Positions 28,101-40,800 of a stretch of 64,000 nt of DNA are shown here, piece by piece. This DNA is from Mayamaea pseudoterrestris (Eukaryota), in the NCBI GenBank assembly GCA_027923505.1, contig BROI01000010.1, forward strand, positions 992,001-1,056,000, read 5' to 3'. The notes under the pieces are model-generated. The model did not search any database. It was not told the DNA's origin and was given only the letters and a program-made list of their open reading frames with translations. Each line of letters begins with the position of its first letter. Position 1 is the stretch's first letter. Both the position numbers and the translations under genes were made by a program.

Positions 28101-31100
28101 AGTCATGCAAAACATGTCCAGGGTGTGCCATTGACATGAGGATGGTCTGACATGGTACAAAACGGACTGCCTGGAGGCCTACAGCATGGAATGGTCTACA
28201 AGATGGGTGTGGCCAACACCCCAAATTATGGAATCATACCACTACAATGCCCCATGCCCTGGCCACCCAACAACCCAATGAGTCAGGCAAAACATGTCCA
28301 GGGTGTGCCATTGACATGAGGATGGGCTGAAATGGTGCAAAACGGACTGCCTGGAGGCCTACACCATCTGCAAAATGGGTGTGGCCAACACCGCAAATTA
28401 TGGAATCATACCACTACAATGCCCCGTCCCCTGATCACCCAACAACCCAATGAGTCATGCAAAACATGTCCAGGGTGTGCCATTGACATGAGGATGGTCT
28501 GACATGGTACAAAACACGGACTGCCTGGAGGCCTACAGCATGGAATGGTCTACAAGATGGGTGTGGCCAACACCCCAAATTATGGAATCATACCACTACA
28601 ATGCCCCATGCCCTGGCCACCCAACAACCCAATGAGTCAGGCAAAACATGTCCAGGGTGTGCCATTGACATGAGGATGGGCTGAAATGGTGCAAAACGGA
28701 CTGCCTGGAGGCCTACACCATCTGCAAAATGGGTGTGGCCAACACCGCAAATTATGGAATCATACCACTACAATGCCCCGTCCCCTGATCACCCAACAAC
28801 CCAATGAGTCATGCAAAACATGTCCAGGGTGTGCCATTGACATGAGGATGGTCTGACATGGTACAAAACGGACTGCCTGGAGGCCTACAGCATGGAATGG
28901 TCTACAAGATGGGTGTGGCCAACACCCCAAATTATGGAATCATACCACTACAATGCCCCATGCCCTGGCCACCCAACAACCCAATGAGTCAGGCAAAACA
29001 TGTCCAGGGTGTGCCATTGACATGAGGATGGGCTGAAATGGTGCAAAACGGACTGCCTGGAGGCCTACACCATCTGCAAAATGGGTGTGGCCAACACCCG
29101 CAAATTATGGAATCATACCACTACAATGCCCCATGCCCTGATCACCCAACAACCCAATGAGTCATGCAAAACATGTCCAGGGTGTGCCATTGACATGAGG
29201 ATGGTCTGACATGGTACAAAACACGGACTGCCTGGAGGCCTACAGCATGGAATGGTCTACAAGATGGGTGTGGCCAACACCCCAAATTATGGAATCATAC
29301 CACTACAATGCCCCATGCCCTGGCCACCCAACAACCCAATGAGTCAGGCAAAACATGTCCAGGGTGTGCCATTGACATGAGGATGGGCTGAAATGGTGCA
29401 AAACGGACTGCCTGGAGGCCTACACCATCTGCAAAATGGGTGTGGCCAACACCGCAAATTATGGAATCATACCACTACAATGCCCCGTCCCCTGATCACC
29501 CAACAACCCAATGAGTCATGCAAAACATGTCCAGGGTGTGCCATTGACATGAGGATGGTCTGACATGGTACAAAACGGACTGCCTGGAGGCCTACAGCAT
29601 GGAATGGTCTACAAGATGGGTGTGGCCAACACCCCAAATTATGGAATCATACCACTACAATGCCCCATGCCCTGGCCACCCAACAACCCAATGAGTCAGG
29701 CAAAACATGTCCAGGGTGTGCCATTGACATGAGGATGGGCTGAAGTGGCCCAAGGTGCGAAGAACGGATGCCTGGAGGCCACACCACTGCAAAATGGGTG
29801 TGGCCAACACCGCAAATTATGGAATCATACCACTACAATGCCCCGTCCCCTGATCACCCAACAACCCAATGAGTCATGCAAAACATGTCCAGGGTGTGCC
29901 ATTGACATGAGGATGGTCTGACATGGTACAAAACGGACTGCCTGGAGGCCTACAGCATGGAATGGTCTACAAGATGGGTGTGGCCAACACCCCAAATTAT
30001 GGAATCATACCACTACAATGCCCCATGCCCTGGCCACCCAACAACCCAATGAGTCAGGCAAAACATGTCCAGGGTGTGCCATTGACATGAGGATGGGCTG
30101 AAATGGTGCAAAACGGACTGCCTGGAGGCCTGTGGCCAACACCGCAAATTATGGAATCATACCACTACAATGCCCCGTCCCCTGATCACCCAACAACCCA
30201 ATGAGTCATGCAAAACATGTCCAGGGTGTGCCATTGACATGAGGATGGTCTGACATGGTACAAAACGGACTGCCTGGAGGCCTACAGCATGGAATGGTGG
30301 TCTACAAGATGGGTGTGGCCAACACCCCAAATTATGGAATCATACCACTACAATGCCCCATGCCCTGGCCACCCAACAACCCAATGAGTCAGGCAAAACA
30401 TGTCCAGGGTGTGCCATTGACATGAGGATGGGCTGAAATGGTGCAAAACGGACTGCCTGGAGGCCTACACCATCTGCAAAATGGGTGTGGCCAACACCGC
30501 AAATTATGGAATCATACCACTACAATGCCCCGTCCCCTGATCACCCAACAACCCAATGAGTCATGCAAAACATGTCCAGGGTGTGCCATTGACATGAGGA
30601 TGGTCTGACATGGTACAAAACGGACTGCCTGGAGGCCTACAGCATGGAATGGTCTACAAGATGGGTGTGGCCAACACCCCAAATTATGGAATCATACCAC
30701 TACAATGCCCCATGCCCTGGCCACCCAACAACCCAATGAGTCAGGCAAAACATGTCCAGGGTGTGCCATTGACATGAGGATGGGCTGAAATGGTGCAAAA
30801 CGGACTGCCTGGAGGCCTACACCATCTGCAAAATGGGTGTGGCCAACACCCCAAATTATGGAATCATACCACTACAATGCCCAGTCCTCTGATCACCCAA
30901 CAAACCAATGAGTCATGCAAAACATGTCCAGGGTGTGCCATTGACATGAGGATGGTGACATGGTACAAAACGGACTGCCTGGAGGCCTACAGCATGGAAT
31001 GGTCCAAGATGGGTGTGGAAACACCCCAAATTATGGAATCATACCACTACAATGCCCCGCCCGGCCACCCAACAACCCAATGAGTCAGGCAAAACATGTC

Positions 31101-31260
31101 CAGGGTGTGCCATTGACATGAGGATGGGCTGAAATGGTGCAAAACGGACTGCCTGGAGGATGACACGGTCTGCAAGATGGGTGTGGCCAACACCCCAAAT
31201 TATGGAATCATACCACTACAATGCCCCGTGCCCTGGCCACCCAACAACCCAATGAGTCAG
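1131..31260 (+). repeat. Satellite B array: 352-bp dimeric higher-order repeat (180-bp + 172-bp monomers), about 85 dimers
   Basis: ggaatcatac recurs at 1681, 1861 and 2033 (180 then 172 bp). The monomers differ by an 8-bp indel (tacagcatggaatggtctacaag vs tacaccatctgcaaa) and linked substitutions (gtctgacatggtac/ggctgaaatggtgc; atgccctggcc/gtcccctgatc). They alternate regularly. Confidence 0.97.
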
Positions 31261-31880
31261 GCCCAAAGACATGTCCAGAGTGTGCCATTGACATGGGGGC
31301 GCGCACAAGATGGTAGGCCGGCTGGGGCCTACAGCATGGCAATGGGTGACAAGTCACCGCCGCCCAGAGCGGAATCAAACGCCCCTACAGCCGGCCCGAC
31401 CCCAAAGACCCATGGGCCAACAACATGAGTCAGGCGCGCAACAAGAGGTATGCCGGAGTGCCCAGGGGATGGCAAGATGGTGACAACGCACCGGCCAGCC
31501 CGCAGATGCCGGACATCAAACGCCCTACAGCAGGCCCTGCACCCAAAGACACCAGAATGGTGCCAACACAATCAGGCTGCGCAACAAGATGGTATGCTGG
31601 CGGCCGGGGGGTGACAATGACGGCCGCCCGAGATGCCGTGACACAAACGCCCCGGGCCTACAGCAGGCTTCCCCCCATGGAATAACACAGCCCATGCCCG
31701 GCCCAACAACCCCAGAGGAAGGCAACATGTCCAGGGTGTGCCATTGACATGAGGATGGGCTGAAATGGTGCAAAACGGACTGCCTGCAAGGCCACCACTG
31801 CAAAACGGTGTGCCAACACGAAATGCACCCGGGCCAAGGTCCCCAAATATCACCCCAAACGCCCTAACAGGCCAGAACCC
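31261..31880 (+). repeat. Blended Sat-B/Sat-C junction zone
   Basis: Short fragments of both consensus sequences are interleaved, with no clean monomer of either. Confidence 0.65.
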
Positions 31881-34800
31881 AAATGACACCAGAATGGTGC
31901 CAACATCACGATTTGGGCTGAGCAACAAGATGGTGTGCCTGGCTAGTGTCTCAGGGGACGGCAATGATATTGGTGACAACTTGTCACCAGTCTCAGCCTG
32001 CAGATGCCGTGACATTCAAACGCCCCTACAGCAGGCCATGTATACAACCAAATGACACCAGAATGGTGCCAACATCATTATTCAGGCTGCGCAACAAGAT
32101 GGTATGCCTGGCTAGTGTCTCAGGGGACGGCAATGATATTGGTGACAACTTGTCACCAGTCTCAGCCTGCAGATGCCGTGACATTCAAACGCCCCTACAG
32201 CAGGCCCTGTAGGTGCCCAAATGACACCAGAATGGTGCCAACATCATTATTCAGGCTGCGCAACAAGATGGTATGCCTGGCTAGTGTCTCAGGGGACGGC
32301 AATGATATTGGTGACAACTTGTCACCAGTCTCAGCCTGCAGATGCCGTGACATTCAAACGCCCCTACAGCAGGCCATGTATACACCCAAATGACACCAGA
32401 ATGGTGCCAACATCATTATTCAGGCTGCGCAACAAGATGGTATGCCTGGCTAGTGTCTCAGGGGACGGCAATGATATTGGTGACAACTTGTCACCAGTCT
32501 CAGCCTGCAGATGCTGTGACATTCAAACGCCCCTACAGCAGGCCATGTATACACCCAAATGACACCAGAATGGTGCCAACATCATTATTCAGGCTGCGCA
32601 ACAAGATGGTATGCCTGGCTAGTGTCTCAGGGGACGGCAATGATATTGGTGACAACTTGTCACCAGTCTCAGCCTGCAGATGCCGTGACATTCAAACGCC
32701 CCTACAGCAGGCCATGTATACACCCAAATGACACCAGAATGGTGCCAACATCATTATTCAGGCTGCGCAACAAGATGGTATGCCTGGCTAGTGTCTCAGG
32801 GGACGGCAATGATATTGGTGACAACTTGTCACCAGTCTCAGCCTGCAGATGCCGTGACATTCAAACGCCCCTACAGCAGGCCATGAATATACCCAAATGA
32901 CACCAGAATGGTGCCAACATCATTATTCAGGCTGCGCAACAAGATGGTATGCCTGGCTAGTGTCTCAGGGGACAGTAATGATATTGGTGACAACTTGTCA
33001 CCAGTCTCAGCCTGCAGATGCCGTGACATTCAAACGCCCTTACAGCAGGCCATGAATACACCCAAATGACACCAGAATGGTGCCAACATCATTATTCAGG
33101 CTGCGCAACAAGATGGTATGCCTGGCTAGTGTCTCAGGGGACGGCAATGATATTGGTGACAACTTGTCACCAGTCTCAGCCTGCAGATGCCGTGACATTC
33201 AAACGCCCCTACAGCAGGCCATGTATACACCCAAATGACACCAGAATTGTGCCAACATCATTATTCAGGCTGCGCAACAAGATGGTATGCCTGGCTAGTG
33301 TCTCAGGGGATGGCAATGATATTGGTGACAACTTGTCACCAGTCTCAGCCTGCAGATGCCGTGACATTCAAACGCCCCTACAGCAGGCCATGTATACACC
33401 CAAATGACACCAGAATGGTGCCAACATCATTATTCAGGCTGCGCAACAAGATGGTATGCCTGGCTAGTGTCTCAGGGGACGGCAATGATATTGGTGACAA
33501 CTTGTCACCAGTCTCAGCCTGCAGATGCCGTGACATTCAAACGCCCCTACAGCAGGCCATGTATACACCCAAATGACACCAGAATGGTGCCAACATCATT
33601 ATTCAGGCTGCGCAACAAGATGGTATGCCTGGCTAGTGTCTCAGGGGACGGCAATGATATTGGTGACAACTTGTCACCAGTCTCAGCCTGCAGATGCCGT
33701 GACATTCAAACGCCCCTACAGCAGGCCCTGTAGGTGCCCAAAATACACCAGAATGGTGCCAACATCATTATTCAGGCTGCGCTACAAGATGGTATGCCTG
33801 GCTAGTGTCTCAGGGGACGGCAATGATATTGGTGACAACTTGTCACCAGTCTCAGCCTGCAGATGCCGTGACATTCAAATGCCCCTACAGCAGGCCATGT
33901 ATATACCCAAATGACACCAGAATGGTGCCAACATCATTATTCAGGCTGCGCTACAAGATGGTATGCCTGGCTAGTGTCTCAGGGGATGGCAATGATATTG
34001 GTGACAACTTGTCACCAGTCTCAGCCCGCAGATGCCGGACATTCAAACGCCCCCCAGCAGGCCGGGAAGACACCGACAAGAATGGTGCCAACATCATTCA
34101 GGCTGCGCAACAAGATGGTATGCCTGGCTAGTGTCTCAGGGGACGGCAATGATATTGGTGACAACTTGTCACCAGTCTCAGCCCGCAGATGCCGTGACAT
34201 CAAACGCTACAGCAGGCCGTTACACCCAAAGACACCGAATGGTGCCAACATCATTTTTCAGGCTGCGCAACAAGATGGTATGCCTGGCTAGTGTCTCAGG
34301 GGACGGCAATGATATTGGTGACAACTTGTCACCAGTCTCAGCCTGCAGATGCCGTGACATTCAAACGCCTTTACAGCAGGCCATGAATATACCCAAATGA
34401 CACCAGAATGGTGCCAACATCATTATTCAGGCTGCGCTACAAGATGGTATGCCTGGCTAGTGTCTCAGGGGACGGCAATGATATTGGTGACAACTTGTCA
34501 CCAGTCTCAGCCTGCAGATGCCGTGACATTCAAACGCCCCTACAGCAGGCCAGTTACACCCAAATGACACCAGAATGGTGCCAACATCATTATTCAGGCT
34601 GCGCAACAAGATGGTATGCCGGCAGTGTCTCAGGGGACGGTAATGATATTGGTGACAACTTGTCACCAGCCTCAGCCTGCAGATGCCGACATTCAAACGC
34701 CCCTCGAGCCGTAGGTGCACCAAATACACCAGAATGGTGCCAACATCATTATTCAGGCTGCGCTACAAGATGGTATGCCTGGCAGTGTCTCAGGGGACAG

Positions 34801-37800
34801 CAATGATATTGGTGACAACTTGTCACCAGTCTCAGCCTTCAGATGCCATGACATACACCCAAATACAGAAGTGCCAACACATTATTCAGGCGCGCAACAA
34901 GATGGTATGTCTGGTAGTGTCTCAGGACGGAATGATATTGGTGACAACTTGTCACCAGTCTCCCGCAGATGCCAGACATTCAAACGCCCCACAGCAGGCC
35001 ATGTACACCAAATGACACGTGTTGCCAACATCATTATTCAGGCTGCGCTACAAGATGTATGCGGCTAGTGTCTCAGGGGACGGCACGATATTGGTGACAA
35101 CTTGTCACCAGTCTCAGCCTGCAGATGCGTGAATTCAAACGCCCCTACAGAGGCCATGTATACCCAAAGAACCGTGCAATATTCGCTGCGCACAAGATGA
35201 TGTGTTCAGGGGAGAGAATTGGTGAGACAACTTGTCACCAGTCTCAGCAGATGCCGTTTAAACGCCCCAACAGCGGCCTGTCACAAAACACAGAATGGTC
35301 CAAACATAGTCGGCGCAACAAGATGGTATGTGTAGTGTCTCAGGGGACGGAAATGATATTGGTGAAGTCACCAGTCTCAGCCGCAGATGCCGTATTCACA
35401 CGCCCCTACAGCAGGCCTGTAGGTAAAAACACAGGCAAATATTCAGGTGGCAAAAGAGATCTGGTAGTGTCTCAGGGACGAAAATTGGTGACAATGTCAC
35501 CAGTCTCAGCCTGCAGATGCCGGGATATTCAAACCACAGAGGCATAAACCAAAGACAGAGGCAAACATTATTCGGTGCGCCACAAGCTGGATGCCTGGTA
35601 GTGTCTCAGGGGACGGTATGATATTGGCGACAATTGTCACCAGTCTCAGCTGCAGATGCGTGACATCAAACACCCTACAGAGGCATGTACACCAAATGAC
35701 ACCAGAATGGTGCCAACATCATTATTCAGGCTGCGCTACAAGATGATATGCCTGGCTCGTGTCTCAGGGGATGGTACGAATTGTGACAACTTGTCACCAG
35801 TCTCAGCCCGCAGATGCCGTGACATTTAAACGCCCCTACATCAGGCCATGTATACACCCAAATGACACCAGAATGGTGCCAACATCATTATTCAGGCTGC
35901 GCTTCAAGATGATATGCCTGGTCTATGTCTCAGGGGACGGTGATGATATATTGGTGACAACTTGTCACCAGTCTCAGCCTGCAGATGCCGCGGACATTCA
36001 AACGGTTACACCAGAGACACCAGAATGGTGCCAACATCATTATTCAGGCTGCGCTACAAGATGATATGCCTGCCTGCGTCTCAGGGGACGGTAATGATTT
36101 TGGTGACAACTTGGTGGCTGGACATTCAAACGCCCCAGCAGGCCATGTATATACCCAAATGACACCAGAATGGTGCCAACATCATTATTCAGGCTGCGCA
36201 ACAAGATGGTATGCCTGGCTAGTGTCTCAGGAGGTAATGATATTGGTGACAACTTGTCACCAGTCTCAGCCTCCGCAGATGCCGTGGACATTCAAACGCC
36301 CCTACAGCAGGCCATGTATACACAAATGACACCAGAATGGTGCCAAATCATTATTCAGGTGCGCTACAAGATGATATGCCTGGCTCGTGTTTCAGGGGAT
36401 GGCAAATATTGGTGACAACTTGTCACCAGTCTCAGCCCGCGGATGCCGTGACATTTAAACGCCTACAGCAGGCCATGGTATACACCCAAATGACACCAGA
36501 ATGGTGCCAACATCATTATTCAGGCTGCGCAACAAGATGGTATGCCCGCTAGTGTCTCAGGGATGAATTGGTGACAACTTGTCACCTAGTCTCAGCTGCA
36601 GATGCCGTGACATTCAAACGCCCCTACAGCAGGCCATGTATACACTCCAATGACACCAGAATGGTGCCACATCATTATTCAGGCTGAGCAACAAGATGGT
36701 ATGCCTGGCTAGTGTCTCAGGGGACGGCAATGATATTGGTGACAACTTGTCACCAGTCTCAGCCTGCAGATGTCAAGACATTCAAACGTCCCTACAGCAG
36801 GCCCTGTAGGGTCCCAATGACACAGAATGTGCCAACATCATTATTCAGGCTGCGCAACAAGATGGTGCCTGGCTAGTGTCTCAGGGGACGGCACGAATTG
36901 CGACAACTTGTCACCAGTTCCCAGCCCCGGGCAGATGCGCCGTGACATTCAAATGCCCCTACAGCAGGCCATGTATACACCCAGATGACACCAGAATGGT
37001 GCCAACATCATTATTCAGGCTGCGCTACAAGATGATATGCCTGGCTCATGTCTCAGGGGACAGTAATGATATTGGTACAACTTGTCACCAGTCTCAGCTG
37101 CAGATGCCGTGACATTCAAACGCCCCTTACAGCAGGCCATGTATACACCCAAATGACACCAGAATGGTGCCAACATTATTTTTCAGGCTGAGCAACAAGA
37201 TGGTATGCCTGGCTAGTGTCTCAGGGACGGTAATGATATTTGTGACAACTTGTCACCAGTCTCAGCTGCAGATGCCGTGACATTCAAACGCCTCTACAGC
37301 AGGCCCTGTAGGTGCCCAAAAACCAGAAATTACAACATCATTATTCAGGCTGCGCTACAAGATGGTATGCCCGGCAGTGTCTCAGGGGACGGTAATGATA
37401 TTGGTGACAATGTCACCAGTCCCAGCTGCAGATGCCGTGATACTCAAAATGCCCCTAAAGCAGGCCATGTATAGCTAATCCCAAATGACACCAGAATGGT
37501 GCCAACATCAATATTCAGGCTGCGCTACAAGATGGTATGTCTGGCTAGTGTCTCAGAGACAGCAATGACATTGTGGACACCCTTGTCACCAGTCTCAGCG
37601 CCTTCAGATGCCGTGTGACATTCAAATGCCCCAGCAGGCATGATATACCCAAATGACACCAGAATGCTGCCAACATCATTATTCAGGCTGCGCCACAAGC
37701 TGGTATGCGTGGCTAGTGTCTAAGGGGACGGCAATGGGATATTGTGACAACTTGTCACCAGTCTCAGCTGCAGATGCCATGACATTCAAACGCCCCTACA

Positions 37801-40800
37801 GCAGGCCATGCAGCACCCAAATGACAATTGCAATGGCCAATATCATTATTCAGGCTGTACACAACATGATATGCCTGGCTCAGTCTCAGGGGACGGTAAT
37901 GATATTGGTGACAACTTGTCACCAGTCTCAGCCTGCAGATGCCATGACATTCAAAACGCCTCTACAGCAGGCCATGCATACACCTAAATGACACCAGAAT
38001 GGTGCCAACATCATTATTCCAGGCTGGTGCAACAAGATGGTATGCCTGGCTAGTGTCTCTGTTGTAAATCCAGTAATGATATTGGTGACAACTTGTCACC
38101 AGTCTCAGCCTGCAGATGCCGTTTCAAACGCCAGCAGGCCATGTATATTACCCAAATGACACCAGAATGGTGCCAACATCATTATTCAGGCTGCGCTACA
38201 AGATTATATGCCTGGCTAGTGTCTCAGGGGACGGTACGAATTGGTGACAACTTGTCACCAGTCTCAGCCTGCAGGATGCCGTGGATATTCAACGCTTACA
38301 GCAGGCCATGTATACACCCAGATGACACCAGAATGGTGCCAACATCATTATACAGGCTGCGCCACAAGATGATATACCTGGCTCTGTGTCTCAGGGGACG
38401 GTGTAATGATTTTGGTGACAACTTGTCACCAGTCCCAGCCTGCAGATGGGATATTCAAACGCTCCCTACAGCAGGCCAAGGAGTACACCCAAATGACACC
38501 AGAATGGTGCCAACATCATTATCCAGGATGCACTACAAAGATGGTATAACTGGCTGGTGTCTCAGAGGACTGCAATGTATTGGTGACAACTTGTCAGTCA
38601 TCTAGATGCCTTGGCATTTCAAATGTAACAGCAGGCCATGTATACACCCAAATAGCATTAGAATATTATGCATCATGATATGGGATGCGCTACAGATGGT
38701 ATCTGGCTGGTGTCTCAGGGACAGCAATGTATGGTGACAACTTGTCACCAGTCTCAGCCCGCAGATGCCTTGGCATTCAAACACGCATACAGCAGGCCAT
38801 GTATACACCCAAATGACACCAGAATGAATTTGCCAACATCATTATTGAGCTACACTACAAGGCGGTATGCTGGCTTTGTCTCAGGGACGGCAATGTATTG
38901 AGTGACAACTTGTCACCAGTCTCAGCCCGCAGATGCCTTGACATTCAAATGCCCCCATGGGCCATGTATACACCCAAATGATACCAGAATCATTACTTAA
39001 CGATCATGATATGGGATGCGCTACAAGATGGTATGCCTGGCTGGTGTCTCAGGGACAGCAATGTGTTGGTGACAGCTTGTCACCAGTCTCAGCCTGGAGA
39101 TGCCTTGACATTCAAATGCCCTACATTGGCCATGTATACACCCAAATGAAGAATGGTGCCAACATCATGATATAGGATGCTACAAATGGTATAACTGGCT
39201 GGTGTCTCAGGGACTGTAATGTATTAGTGACAACTTGTCACCCAGTCTCAATATAGATGCGCCCGACATTCAAATGCCCTACAGCGGGCCATGTATACAC
39301 CCAAATGACACCAGAATGGTGCCCATCATTATTTATGCTGCGCTACAGGATGAGTATGCCTGGCTGAAGTGTCTAAGGGGACTGCAATGTATATTGGTGA
39401 CAACTTGTCTGACAGTCTCCAGCCCACGATGCCTTGACATTCAAATGCCCCTACATGCGGCCCATTTATACACCCAAATGACACCAGAACGGTGCCAACA
39501 TCATTATCAGGATGCGCTACAAGATGGTATACCTGACTTGAATTTATCTCAGGGGACTGCATTGTATTTGGTGACAACTTGTACCAGTCTCAGCCCGCAG
39601 ATGTCGTGACATTCAAATGCCCCTACAGTTCCGACATGTGTATACACCCAAATGCATCCAGAAATGGTGCCAGCATCATTATTAGAGATGCGCTAAAAGA
39701 TGGTATGCCTGGCTAGTGTCTCAGGGGACTGCAATGGTATTTCAGGTGACAACTTGTCACTAGTCTCAGCCTCCCGCAGATGCCGTGCATTCAAATGCCC
39801 CTACAGCAAGCCCTGTAGGTCCCGAAATACACCAGAATGGTGCCAACATCATTATTCAGGCTGCGCTACAAGATGGTGCTATACCTGGCTTTTTGTCTCC
39901 GGGGGACTGCAATGTATGCTTGGTGACAACTTGTCATCCAGTCTCCAGCCCGCCGATGCCTTGACATTCAAATGCCCCCTACAGCAGGCCATGTACCCAA
40001 ATGACACCAGAATGGTGCCAACATAATTATTAGGATGCGCAACAAGATGGTATGCTCTAGCTAGTGTCTCAGGGGACTGCAATGTATATTGGTGACAACT
40101 TGTCACCAGTCTCAGCCTGCAGATGCCGTAACATTCAAAAGCCCCTACAGCAGGCCAATGTATCACCCAAATGACACCAGAATGGTGCCAACATCATGGC
40201 CCAGGCGCGCTTCTAAGATGGTATGCCTCGGCTTTTGTCTAAGGGGACGGCAATGTATATTGGTGACAGTCTCAGCCACTGAGATGCCGCTGACATTCAA
40301 ACCCCCTACAGCAGGCCCTGTAGGTGCCCCAAATACACCAGAATATTGCCAACATCATTATTAGGGATGCGCTACAAGATGGTATGCCTGGCTAGTGTCT
40401 CAGGGACGGTAATGATATTGGTGACAACTTGTCACCAGTCTCAGCCCAAAAGCGGAAACATGTATACACGAGACACCCAAATGACACCAGAATGGTGCCA
40501 ACATCATTATAGGGGATGCGCTACAAGATGATATGCCTGGCTCAGTGTCTCAGGGACTGCAATGTATATTGGTGACAACTGTCACCCAGTCTCATTCGCA
40601 GATGCCGTGACATTCAAATGCCCCTACAGCAGGCCATGTATAAGACCCAAATGACACCAGAATGGTGCCAACATCATTATTCAGGATACACAACAAGATG
40701 GTATGCCTGGCTAGTGTCTCAGGGGACTGCAATGTATTTGGGGACAACTTGTCACCAGTCTCAGGCGCATGCATGACATTCAATGCCCCCTCAGCGAGAC

